From Catajapyx aquilonaris (taxonomy: Eukaryota): a stretch of DNA of 64,000 nt. The position numbers and the translations under genes are program-made. A model generated the notes under the pieces. It worked only from the letters and a program-made list of their open reading frames with translations. It was not told where the DNA came from and did no database searches. Of this stretch, positions 12,576 through 25,091 are shown one piece after another. The DNA lies in contig KZ538006.1 in NCBI GenBank assembly GCA_000934665.2, positions 124,001 to 188,000 of the forward strand, given 5' to 3'. The number at the start of each line of letters is the position of its first letter. Position 1 is the stretch's first letter.

Positions 12576-14547
12576 ATGTTGAGAAATACTTATTTAATAA
12601 TACTGAAAACATAAAGGGGTGGATTCATCAAAATGTCGTAAGTCAAATTTTCGTCGTAACCTGTTGTAACCTTAGTTACGAACTCGGTGGCCCCAAGGTC
12701 CGCTATAAAGTTATCAAGAAACATCATGTGCATAAATATCCTTCTTTTTGTGACAAATGTTACAGCGTGTCACAACCATTGTGTAAGCTACACATGCATA
12801 AGAGATCTGTTTATGAATGCACGCTGAAATAAAGGAGGGAAATAATGGCGATACGAGTCTTGTTTGAGCAGGCAATATTTACTTTATATACCTGCACAAT
12901 TACAATTTGATCTGTAACACCTCCAGATGGATTTTCATGGGAAAGTGCAGGTTACTTCCTCACTACTCCCTAAGAAAGTGCAGCAAATTGTGGTTGACAA
13001 ACTGATTTCTAAAAAGTGTGTATGCCCATGTAAATCCATCTTGGGAGTGAAGAAGCACCAACAATATTGAGCTTAATCTCTAGAAATATTTCAACAATGG
13101 GAATCTTGTGTCCAGGAATTAAGTCAGTTCCAGTATAATACTGACTTTTTCGCAACAGGAATTTGCAGCTTGTTCACCAACACTAGCCAAAGTGAAATAC
13201 ACTACGATAGCTCTTACAACTACCTTTATATCGCAACAATTTCTGATACAATCAGGAGATTTACCCTAATAACAATCTGCCTGTACTAATTAGAAATTTC
13301 GCAGTAGATACGTTTCCACTGTATCCATGGCCAGTTATGCAGTTTCGTTGTACTTTGATTCCTCAAAGAAAAAGTCAGTAATGTGTACTATGTCACAAGG
13401 GATGGACTTACTTCCAGCACTTGATTTCCACTCAGGTTTGTCGTGTATTATTGCAGAGAGCAAGTTTAAATTGTGCAGAGGGAACAAGTTGAGAATGTGC
13501 ACATTATAATTTAGAAAGTCCATATATTGGAACAGCCGAGAGAATGACTCTTAAAATTCTGTTAACAAACCAACAGGGTAGATGTATTGCCAAATTTAAC
13601 AGTCAATTATAGCAACTTGAACTATTTTTATCATTTTAACAAGTACCGGTGTGTGAAATGTAACAGTCACACAATTTAAAAGTTGACATTTCTCCTCCAT
13701 CAACAAACATTGTTATCCCATCGCAGGGAAATAGCAAGTAAATCTGTCTGGCGACATGATGAACCCAGCAAACAAAAAATGCAATAATTCTAGTCCATAT
13801 TAGTAAATTTTTGGTCACTAAAATTTATCTGTTAAAAACTACATATAACTCGTGTAACAAAGACTGGCATGCATAATAATTATAATAGCTAAGAATAACA
13901 CAGTTAAGTTTATGCAATGTGGCAGCAATACCCTAAGTACTTCCCCCTTTCAGGGAGTTCAAATGAACATGTCTCCAAGACGCAGAAGTGAGTGGGAGGT
14001 TAGAGATCTCCAACTTGCCTGCCTGTATTGGTAACAAAATTTGTTCAAGCACTTAAAACACTGAATACAACTTATTAGGTACATTTGGTTAAAATGCAAA
14101 AGACCAGCCCTTTATCAGACAAGCATGTATCCAACATACTTTGAATGTAAAAGGAAAAGTAGGCAATAGCAAAATTCTTAAAAATCTGAACACTTAATTA
14201 CTACATTGTACAAAACTGAGATTCATTAAGATTAAATATCTGTTTACGTAGTAACAAAATCAGGATTATAGTCCTGTTAAAATATACGTATCAGCTTTAC
14301 TACTTAAGCCCTCATACCATAGTTAGCAAAACCAGTGAGACACTCAAACCTTGAAGACACATTTGTTTTTTGAGACAAGGCGGAAGACAAAAATGGAAAA
14401 GATGCGTAACATTAATTTAAAATTGAAGGAAGACCCATTCATATTAAAAGCTGCCACTTCCATATTGGCCCTAATAATCACCACAATTACAATAGGAACC
14501 ATCACATACATTAACACAAACAGATGATCCAATTAATTACATTCTTA

Positions 14548-14689
14548 AGGCTCGTTCAGATTCATGGGTGACCTTTGGCAGGAACGGTCAAACGCATATC
14601 TATTAAGTAGAAATTGACAAATTCCTTGCCAGATTGGCCATCAACAGAAGAGGTTACGTGCGCCTAAGGTCATCCATGAGAATGTGCCT
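14548..14689. mobile_element. Degenerate MITE (PIF/Harbinger-like)
   Basis: Imperfect terminal inverted repeats AGGCTCGTTC..TCATGGGTGACCTTTGGC versus GCCTAAGGTCATCCATGAGAATGTGCCT; TTA on both flanks. Confidence 0.55.
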
Positions 14690-14880
14690 TTAAACAATAA
14701 CTTCTCTCCATTAACTTCACCACTGACCAACCTACGATATAAATCACAATTTCACTGAGTGAGTTTGGTTTAATTACGATAACATTTCTATTACGTATAT
14801 TTTAATAAAACGGATGATTTAATGTAACAATGTAAATGACCAAAAGTTTGCATAAGTACTTAAAAGTCAAACATCAATTA

Positions 14881-15136
14881 AGGCAGGTTCACACAAGCAT
14901 TGCTGTTGCTCCTTTGGATCTAGTTCAAGTTCACTAATAACGATTGGCTAGGGGGTCGTTGTCAGCTCCTTTGTACAGGTTGCCTTTTGTTATTATACTG
15001 GCCGATGATTCACTGCTTCGCTACAACTTGAACTACAACCAATGACTGTCACAAGTAGATTTCAGATGAAAGATGAGAGTGGGGACCAACAAGAACTACT
15101 ATAAATCAGCTGAACAATGCCCTTGCAAACCTGCCT
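14881..15136. mobile_element. Degenerate MITE (PIF/Harbinger-like)
   Basis: TIR AGGCAGGTT...GCATTG versus CAATGC...AACCTGCCT; TTA on both flanks (14878-14880, 15137-15139). Confidence 0.55.
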
Positions 15137-15374
15137 TTAGCTTAAAGTACACAAGTGATTGTTAGGGCCGATAGAACCAATACTTTCATTATCACAGACC
15201 AACTACTCCTTCCAATATATTTAGAGGGTGTTTCGAATTTGTATGGCCACAAGTATACCAGGAAATTTTATGGCCCTAGAGGTTTTTTAAAACTGTAGAG
15301 TGATGGTGCGCGGTCCAGGCCATGTCTTGTGGGAAAAGTGCCATTTGCTCATTGTTATTGTGGTTTGTAACATA

Positions 15375-15533
15375 GGGGCACTGCAGACGGGCCAACCTTG
15401 GCCGCAGCTGGCCGCGGCCCTGGCCAACTTCCAGGAAGTTGGCCCGTGGCCTGGCCGTGGCATTGCTAGGGGGCCGCTAGGTGTGAACCGTCGCGGCCGC
15501 GGCTAACTAAGCTTGGCCCGTCTGCACTGCCCC
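15375..15533. mobile_element. GC-rich MITE (PIF/Harbinger-like)
   Basis: 21-bp TIR GGGGCACTGCAGACGGGCCAA / TTGGCCCGTCTGCACTGCCCC (1 mismatch), 3-bp TSD ATA on both sides, internal palindrome GGCCAACTTCC-A-GGAAGTTGGCC. Confidence 0.8.
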
Positions 15534-15670
15534 ATAATCACAATATGGCAGCCTGGATCGTTACTCTGCACTGTTCATTTCTCTAAGCCCATAAAATAAT
15601 ATGGTATGCCTATGGCTCTACAATTTCTGAAACAACAAAATATATCAAGAAGAAACTAAAAGCTGTATAC

Positions 15671-17480
15671 TTATATCAAGGGGCTACTCTGCTCCTTATC
15701 CTTCTTGTTGTCCTGCCAGTTGTACTTGAAGAAAAATGCCACTCCTCCGGCAACAATGGGCAATCCCAGCAAGGAGCAAATGAGCTCTCCCGTAATGGCA
15801 GGCGCGAAACTGAGCGCCAGGGGATCAGCTGCACTGACTCCTGTGCCCACCAGAGACCACCACACACCGCTCAACGGCAATGCGAGGGAAGCCACTGACA
15901 CAGCAAAGACACTGGACTCTGCCAGCACTGTCAGGTGGGCCAATGAAAAAGTGAAGGAGATGTAGGATATGACAAAGGCCCATGCGTAAGTGGAAAGGCG
16001 CCCACACGACTCGGAGCTTGACACGAGGCAGGAGAGGCCACCACTTGTGTAGTTTTCAAACTCGGACACAATAGACGCCTGCAGAAAAGGAATACAGAAA
16101 TTATATCAGACAGAGATCATTCAACTGAAACTGATTTTCCTGATTATTTTGGTGCTTTTCATCAACAAATTTTGGAATTAACTGACAACTTTTGGAGGAC
16201 CAAGGATGTCTAATATTGCCTTGTTGATTATGGAAAAACAAACAATATTTCTCACCTACTAGGCATGCAAATCTTACCTTTCCAAGACCGCCCACAAAGT
16301 CGGTCCATATAAACGCAAGTATAGTAATCAGAGCGAGGCAATGGGTCCAGCATATGTAGCTGAGTGTGCGTGAGAGCGGTGGCTGGTGGGCAAATGGATT
16401 AAGAGTAGGCTCCCTGACCAGACTCTGCCTGTCACTCGTGGCCACCTCTGGTTCGTCTAGCGGCCCTGAAATTGTTGGAACGGAGCTCTTGGCCCGAGGC
16501 CTCCTTATTAATACCACTGCCCTCTCTAGTGCAGAAAGGCCATCAGCAAAAAGCCACAGAGAGGCTGCATAGCCCAATGTCCACAGGAGGTGCACCTCCC
16601 AGCTCCATGGGCCATGGAAGGCCTCATGGGATTTCCGTACAGCCCCGTGGCAGCGGAACTCATCACAAAGCTGATAGTCCACTGCGATGAACAGGCCCGT
16701 CACTATTGCCACCAGTGAAAAGACACGTCGCAGGCGGAATGCTGAAAAAATATTAGGCATTTTAACACATTCAGGACAAACACCTTGTAGCATCTACATC
16801 AGCATTTCTCAACCTTTTTACCCTTCCAGAACCCTTAAAATAATAGTGACCTCTCAGGGAACCCCTATATAATAATAATTATATCAAGTAATGACTTGTA
16901 TGATTCATCGTTATTGTTTGCGGAACCTCTGTTGAGAAACCCTGGTCTACATGATCGGCGTGATCGCACCTTTCCTTCTCCTAAAAAAGTGTATGATGGC
17001 TGCCGAGACCACCACAAGTCCAAGCATGGGGTCCTGCAGGTGGCAAACAACCCTCATCCGATCCCAGGCGTAAAACACGACCATGCCAGCCACTCCATAC
17101 CCAACCCCAACCAGTGCCATTCGTGGGAGTCCCAGCAGGCCAGGCCCAACCGGGAAGCTGTGGTCCGTCGCTTTCCTCGCCACAGCCGCAGCAAAGAACA
17201 CCAGTCCGGACACCAGCGAGGTGAAAAGCGCGCCGGTGTACGCATCGCCCTGGACATTCAGGCTCTGAATGAACAACGGGAGGAGGATGACAACGGCCAG
17301 GGATGACGCCGTGACGCAAGCACATGTCGACGTGAAATGTGAACGTGAGCTGCGGAATGCCCAACGAGGAACCGGTCGTGCTGATGAAGCTGCCGGAGCA
17401 GCAGGTGGCGGGTCAGACAAGCGGCGAGGCGGTGTCGCCGTGTCCTCATCCGGCTGGATCAGAACATCCTGATCATCCAT
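15671..17480 (-). CDS. Multi-pass membrane protein, CRT-like / drug-metabolite transporter (DMT) superfamily, about 460 aa, 3 coding exons
   Basis: Exons 17480-16970, 16741-16278, 16078-15671 with GT-AG introns and compatible phases (1, 0); total 1383 nt. About 10 hydrophobic segments; motifs RVVCHLQDPM, WTDFVGGLGK, GLSC...SC, ALPLSGVWWSL resemble CRT-like proteins. Gene structure is well supported; the family call is less certain. Probable 5'UTR exon ending at donor 17587. Confidence 0.75.
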
Positions 17481-19689
17481 GGCTGCAATCTGCAATGGAC
17501 CACTAATTAACAAACCTGTCTAATTTGCAATGATTAAATTGAGCCAGTGTACCTGTACTGTAAGTACAATCTGTAATAACTATCACCTTGCCGAAATGGC
17601 TCAAGGCCACTGTGTTGCAGAATCAATCTTCTTTCTCTCACAGCATCAGGGACGCCATCTTGTTTCCCTTTACTGCAAATCTGCGAATCGCGCGCAAAAA
17701 ATTTGCGGGAGGGCCTGCAAACGCGCAGCTGCTATGAAATCCAGCAGTAAGCTAATACAAAGCAGTTCTGCCGCCAACCGCGTGATGTCGCTAGTAGTCA
17801 CGCACACTAGCGGCGCCTAGCGTCTCATTAAGGAACCAGTGCGAAACGACCGTATAGGCACACAATACCGTATTGTTCAAACCGCCTTTGTTTTTCTCAT
17901 ATTCATTGCAAATACATTGCGGATAATAATCGATGGCTGCGCGACTAGGCTACGGTGGGGGGAGGGGGGGGATAAAAGGAGCAGGGCCGAGTGCAAATTC
18001 TTATCCGGGCGGATGCTGAGCGTGAGTGGGTCTGACTGGGAAATTAATTAATGTCCTCTCCCTTGACTTGCCCTCCCCCCAAGCAGCTCCTCCCCCGTTA
18101 CAGCTCCTACCCCTTTGTGGAAATCCATTGGGAGGCTATCGAGCGGCAACCTTCCCCACCCCTCACCAAAACGCCTTGCTGAATGTGGCACATGACCAAC
18201 TCTCTCCAAAGCCATGACTTAGGCCCATTAAGTCTATTGCGCCCGAAATATTCAGCATTACATGCGATGGAGGGAAAAAATCTGCGACGTCGTACCCATA
18301 AATCGTACACTAACGAGAATAGCACCATCCTATACTAAAGAGACCAATTATGCAGATACGGCTGGTGATTAACATGGCAGGTCAGGTCAACCTCGAATAA
18401 CCAGTTTTTGTGTATATGTGTGCTATGGTCTCACACTGAAAAAAAGCAAGTTTGCGTTTCTCACGGAAAAAGATTTCAACAGCTGACAAGGAGCCAGGTA
18501 AAACTCGACCATATGACTGCAGCAATGTTGGTCCAGAAAAATAGGATCGTATATCAAACGTTCAAATTAGCGTGACGTCCTTGTATATCTCCAGGAAACA
18601 GCTCATATAGCGTATCGATACTTGAATTCAGAAGAAAATAACAAAAAGGATGATCGCAATCCATGCAACTGTATATCGGGCGCAGCGAGTACTGTACAGT
18701 GAGCGCAACGAGTAGCTTACTAGGAAGAAGGTGTCTGCGCCATTCCGCAGCTGTTAACTATTTTTTTCTCTTGGTTCGTTTGGGTACCAAGAGCTAAATC
18801 AATTTTAGCATCCCTTCGAGTCAGCCATGGCTCGTAAAGTGGCGGTGATGAAGTGTGGATGTGGCAACGCTGTGACTGTGAAGCTCCGGCCATTCTTCCC
18901 CGTCTAATTTACGGGGATAAGGCCTGGCGAGGAAGAGGGTCATCGGGAATCTCATTTGCCAGGCCAGGAAGGATGACATACGTATTGAGAGAACCCCGTT
19001 GCCTTGACCATCAAGAGACAATGCCTGCTCGGAATGGGAATTGTTGCTTCAGGACCCCCATTGTTGGGCGCCAATGGGGTTTGGAGGGAAGATGGCGCAA
19101 TTCGGGTGCCATTTTGGTGCCTCCCCATTTACGCCTCTTCAATATCATTCCGGAGGAGGGGGGACTGGGGTCGTAAATAGTATCTAGAAAATCAACTGAC
19201 CACGTGACCGTGCATAAATTAGGCAACGCCGCCTTTAAATTTTTGGAAACATGGCCGGGTCCCTTTTGAGCTTATCACGATGCCGATCTGCTTTTTCCTG
19301 CCCAAAAACAAGAGGGGGGCGGAGAAAGTTTGCAATTAGACACGACGACAAGCCGGTTCTTATAAACATTTCTCTATATCCTGTAGTGTGTGAAACACTA
19401 TCCGATATCCGACTGGCCACGCCCTCATTAAAATTCGCCGATTTTTCTTTTAAGTCACGTTACTTTGATTTCACCTCATTAGTACCTGTGGGTCGCCACC
19501 TGAATATAAATTACTAGCAGACAACACGTTGACATAATTTGATGACAACACTGTCAGGTCCGCACTTGGACGTAATAGCCTACAATATGCCACAACCAGA
19601 TGGCACATAGTCACACCAGAGTCACACCGAGTCAATTCTATATGTGACTAGCAGGGTTCTTCACATTGTGAAACACCATTTTTAAAAAC

Positions 19690-21395
19690 AAAAAAATCTA
19701 AATTTTTGGTATTTAGACTCAAAAAATTTGCAGTTTTACGACTTTTCCGTAAATCAGCAGCACGCAAGACGTCAGTGTGCCACGTTTCAGCACTCCCAGC
19801 ACTCTGAAAGTGGGTTAGGTAACTGTGACATATACATAAATGCCAACAAACTTTCTGATTTATGTACGGTATGTAAAATTGTGGCGAACCAGACAAAATT
19901 AAGCAACTTTCCGCGTCCCAGACCACCAACATGGCCCCCCCTTTCCCAAAATGTGACCCAATATTTGATACCCTGAACAGGTATATGTCCACGACCTGAT
20001 TGGTGCTCGGTTTGTGTTACATTGGAAAAACGGATGGAAATGTGTGAGGGGCGCTTGGAAGTGAAGAGGCCGAGGCCCAGCGGCACTTCATCAGGCGGCC
20101 GTGCGGGGGGTGCTTTTTGTGGGGCCCCACGGGGGGGCACTCTCCTAGGCTCCAGCTCTTTTGGAAGTTTTTGGGGAGGAAGAGGTGGACCTGTGGAGGG
20201 GAGGTTGCTGCTGCTGATGCACCCCCTTGTCCTTCCCCAAGCCGGCCTTCCTTGGCCAAGTTCAAGTCCGACATCCCCTTTGCAGCCATCCCTCAGCCTC
20301 CACCATCAACATCCAACTGATTACCATCTCCAACCATCATGGGCCCCTCCTTTGCATTCCACACCTCTGCAGGAACAGTAGTTGTCCCTTTTCAGAAAAC
20401 CTGTCCTAATCCGACCTGAGGGCCTTCCGCGCAATGTGGGCCAAATAGGCACACGCTTATATGGCACAGGTGGTAGAACCTGATGTGTAATGTCTTTCCT
20501 CCTACTACATGATGTTTCGTTAATATCTTCGTGCTCCAATTTCTTGCAATTGTGTTACAATTGTGTCAATATGTTTTAATCTGGAGAAGTTCCGTTAGAT
20601 CCGTTAGTTTCCCCCCTCCCACTATAGTCCCCCCCAGGCATGAAAATCAGGCAACATGGCCTCGGCCTCCTGTTTGTCAAAGCACCCCCAAAAGCCCAGG
20701 CCAAGAGCCGGCGGAGCTCTTTGTGGATGTTTGCTCCCGGTCAGTCAGAAGGAACGGGGGATGGTAACTATGGGGTGTGAGGGGGTGGGCCACAGGCAGG
20801 GAGAGACGGGGGAGGAGGGGACAATGGCCAAGTCGATCAGAAAACATCTGGCAGAGAGGAAACTCAAGGTTGACGTACGTGTGATCTGTGTCGCTCCTGA
20901 CGATGGATGCCTTTCAAAGGGTAGCCCTGACGATGATCGATTTCTAGGAGTGAATCGCTGCAGTTGCACTCTGGAGAGCTGAAGATGGAGGCTGGTCGCA
21001 TTGGACCCACTGGAAATTCATTTGCGTTTAATATTATTGTTCATATTGTAAAGTAACCAATGAACGGACATATATTATGCACGGGGATTGATAAATGGAA
21101 AAGGTTTGCAAAAGTTTGTAAAATTGCATCATATGAATACCAAAATTCGTGAAAAATCCTACATTTTGGGCATTTAGACTCAAAAAAGTGCGGTTTTTGG
21201 ACCTTTTCCTGAATCAGCGGCATGTAAGACGTCAGTGTGCCACGTTTCAGCACTCTCAGTAGTCCGAAAGTGGGTTAAATGGCCATGACTATGGGCAAAC
21301 TTTCTGTACTGTGTAACTTATATGTAAGATTTGTGCTGTGGTCCCAAGGAGAAATGCCATATCTCCAAACACAATAAGGACAAAAATCGCGTCCA
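19690..21395. repeat. Pair of diverged direct repeats (about 19690-19920 and 21150-21395), 1460 bp apart
   Basis: Identical 30-mer AAGACGTCAGTGTGCCACGTTTCAGCACTC at 19766 and 21226, plus shared ATTTAGACTCAAAAAA, GAAAGTGGGTTA, CAAACTTTCTG and CGCGTCC blocks. Confidence 0.85.
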
Positions 21396-22338
21396 CCCAT
21401 CCCTCTTCGACCATAGGGAATAGGTGCATGGAACTCGCGCTACCTTCGCCCTTACTGGTTTTGGAGATAGGTCGTTTCTCATTGGGACTTCCAGCAGGAC
21501 GCTATGTTTGGGTTAATTTCTTTTTTCAAAAAAAATTGAGACAAATGTCAGGTGTGCCCCAGCAATGAAATATGCTTCCAGCAGATTCCATGATGAGGAA
21601 ACTGGACATGCCTCCAGGAAATGAGACGTTGGCAGACCTGTGGGCAGGCAGGCGGGCCCGTAAGTCAATCGATGGAACTCTAACTCTGAGGGTGGAGGGA
21701 AGGGTGTGGAGGAGAGTTAGGCATGTACGAGATGGGGTTAGCTTTAGTGCATAGGGAAACGGAAAATGGGGTGGTCCAGAGAAGATGGCGGGCCAGCACC
21801 AGGGAAAAGGTTATGACCCCTGGACTGAGGGAATAATGCCGCTCGTTTTGCCTTGCAAATTCCATTTCCTGCAGCGTCGGAGGAGGGGGGGAAAGGGGGG
21901 GGGGGACAGGAGGAGAAGACTTCATTCCTGTTGGTCAGGGAGGAATAATTTCGGCCTCAAGGCTCTCCGGGGACCGCGCCCAATCTTCTCGGGGGCAAGC
22001 CGGAATAAAGTCCAGCTGCAGCCTCCCTCGAACATTCGACGAAAATGGAAGGGGACAGAACCCACGGGTCAAAAAGCGGTGCAGGAGAGGCTTGAACGGA
22101 TCAAAGGCGGATATGTGGCTTCCTTTTAATCCTACCGGACGGATGTGTCACATCTACACGGCAATGCACACCACATGTACGTTATTTGCAGGCGAAAAGT
22201 GCCGTGAAAACGCGCGCTTGGCTGAAAAGCAATTTTCCGGCTGGGGGTGCGAAAGTAGCGAGTTATTATTTTTATTATGGTGGGGACGTATTATGCTAAT
22301 GAGGATGTGACATTTAAAAAATAAAAAAATGAGAGACA

Positions 22339-22411
22339 TGCCTCCTGTGAGAATCGAACTCACGACCCCTGGTTTACGAGACCAGTGCTCTAACCTCTGA
22401 GCTAAGGAGGC
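22339..22411 (-). tRNA. tRNA-Thr (anticodon CGT)
   Basis: GCCTCCTTAGCTCAGAGGTTAGAGCACTGGTCTCGTAAACCAGGGGTCGTGAGTTCGATTCTCACAGGAGGCA: intact acceptor, D, anticodon (CTGGT-CTCGTAA-ACCAG) and T arms; oligo-T Pol III terminator about 10 nt downstream. Confidence 0.96.
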
Positions 22412-24908
22412 CGATTGAGTTAACGTCTTAGCTCGAGCTGAAGTGGTTCGCAAATTTTTGTTGAATGCAATTGTGCAGATGTGAACTGTATGAATAGGCT
22501 CTGAATTATTCATCATCACTGTATATACGCAGGTACGATTCGATATCAACATGTATAGATCTACAACTGCTCGCTTCTTATTATACACACCATATCAATA
22601 TGCAGTATTGAAAATCAATTTCAATAACAGCAGTTTTAATCAATCAAACAGCATTATGTGCACACAAACATTTGGTGTGAGACGAGCGTGTATAGTACCG
22701 TGCAAGTAAAAGAAATGCAATAATATAGCTATAGACTAAAGAGCGGCACGACCTAATAACCACCTCAGAAATTCGCTATAAAAATTCCTGCGCATTTTCT
22801 TCTTCTGTGCGTGCTTGCTTCTAGAGGCGTCTGATTCGAGTAAGGTCTGCCATTGACCGTTGGCGTCGATGATTGCCGCCGAAAAAGGGGCGACACGTGC
22901 AGGTCGTGGAAGTGTAATGGAGGAGATGGGCACAGTGACGTCAGGTCCGTCATTATCCTGCGCTGATGCGGCCACGCAGGAAGACCGTAATCAGGCCGCA
23001 GCCGACGGGGCGCCCATGCTCTTTCGACCATTTACTTCATCGCGCATTCGACCGACTCTCTTTCGATTCGTCAAATATTCAGCTTTGTCAACCTATCCAC
23101 CAATCCCGATCGCCGATTTGGCTCAAATTTGCACAAAATTGCACGTACGAATTACCGGGAGATGAATAATTCAAGCTCAAAAATGGCGATATGACCGGAA
23201 AGTACTTGCACAATCAGCCAGAAATATGCGTTGAAACTATAATAACATGTGATCGTTGCGCAGGATGTCGAAACTGCTATTTCAACAAGGCGTGTTATAG
23301 GATATCGTCTTAATCTACAGTAAAATAAACTCTCACTTAAGAAGTGTGTACAGAACGCGATTTGTGTAGGTGAAATCCTCATTACGGCGCAGTCAGGATA
23401 TTTTTATACCATTATATAAGATATGCACGTGAGAAACTTTTGCATCATGTTCACTCCAGCAGTGGAAAATATGCACGAATATGTGCCTTGTAAATAATGC
23501 GTATTGGGATGAAACTTCCTTATATATATGGCAACGTTAGTGTTCATTAAAGTGTTACTAATTTATCCAGAGTTGTTATCGCCATACTCACTTGTAAGTT
23601 TCCGTATATAGATATTTTAAAACACCTCTTGTAACAAACAAAAATCACCCGATTTCCGTATTATCCGGACACACATGTCACTGTTCAATCTGGACAACCA
23701 ACACTCTACTGCACTCCAGAAAAAGCATGGGCGTGGAGAATTGGGCCCATGTTTTCATAGACAGACACGTTTTCTTGTATAGTCTTGCCCGATAAGCAAT
23801 CGTTGCGTGAAGTGGCTAATGTGATTGTCTGGAAGATGCTTCCACTTCTCTCTTACACTCTCTGCTACCCCTTTTTTTCCCCCCCTTAAGAGTGCGGAGA
23901 AAAAGAAGAGCTCTCGAGGCAAATGGGTGTTGGACGTGATAGCAGTTGCTTTCGGGCGATTCCTAGACAGATCGAACAAACAGGCTCTACAGTCCAGGCT
24001 AATGGAAAGTGGCACCTATACCTTTCAAGATCTGGCTCAAAAATTGGTTGGGTAACATTGAAACAAGGTTAATCGAATCTGGTGTTCACGAGCCCTCTAA
24101 AAAAATCGTTCGCTGAATATATCATCAGACAAAATATATTTTTATACGAATTTATTTAATATTTATAAAAATAATGTCCATAATCATTAAAATATTGAAG
24201 GCTGAGCTCAGCTCTCTTGCAATCACCCTTCCTCCCCTATACTCACCCGACGACTCCATCACCAGCTCACCTTCCCCAAAAAATATCCTTCCTCCAAGGT
24301 CAATGTTAAACAAAAACCGGCAATGCTGTAAATCAGCACGGACACTATTAGTAAATAAAAATTTATTTATACCCAAACTCACCACTGCTTATTATTACAT
24401 CATTGTTAGCGAACCAGAGTATGAACTCTATCATGTAAAAATCCATTTTGTCGACGGATGTGTGTGACGATTCGACGCAAAAATGATATCGATTGAAGGC
24501 AAAGTCTAGAAAATGACCTCAAAAAAGAAAAAAAAATGTAGAGTTTTTCACGGGGGGGTTTTTTCGAAAGAGGGCCACCTTGGCAACGTCGAAGTGGCCT
24601 TGTGAGAGTGTTGACTTCCAAAGTTCCAAGTGGATGCTTTTCCCCCCAGGGCGCCCTCTCTTTTGCTTCCATGCTCGCTGCCTTGCCCACAAGGAGATCT
24701 CTTGAAGCATTAGGTTTTTTTTTGTAACTTAAAATATATTTGTGTCGCGAAAATGTTAGCATTTTTACTATCACTCTTAAACACAGGTGCGCAACTTTTA
24801 TGCAATGATTTGCCCTTTTTTGCTGAGACTCGTCCTTGTTCTTTTATGGTCCCGTCTTCAACTTGTCATTTTCCTGCCTGTGCAGGTGGGGCCTTGATTA
24901 CCTGATAA

Positions 24909-25091
24909 ATGGGCAATTGTGTATCGCATCAGGAAGAACCGTGTGTCTTCCTGAAATGCAGCATCCCACTTGTCCCTGGATCACGAGTGACAGCTTGTAA
25001 CATCAACAACTTTGTATACGCCAATATCAACCAATATGGATGTGTTGTTCAAATTTACAGCTGCATTGAAGAGGACGTGCAGCAGGTCTGA
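24909..25091 (+). CDS. Candidate 60-aa microprotein with MGNCVS acylation motif
   Basis: Polypyrimidine acceptor ...cattttcctgcctgtgcag at 24885, ATG 24 nt later, stop at 25091, AATAAA at 25103. No recognised homology. Confidence 0.3.
   Translation: MGNCVSHQEEPCVFLKCSIPLVPGSRVTACNINNFVYANINQYGCVVQIYSCIEEDVQQV

Noticed and set aside
21572..22129. Two same-frame ORFs separated by one TAG (read-through or pseudogene?)
   Set aside because: No recognisable domain; composition is driven by G-runs.
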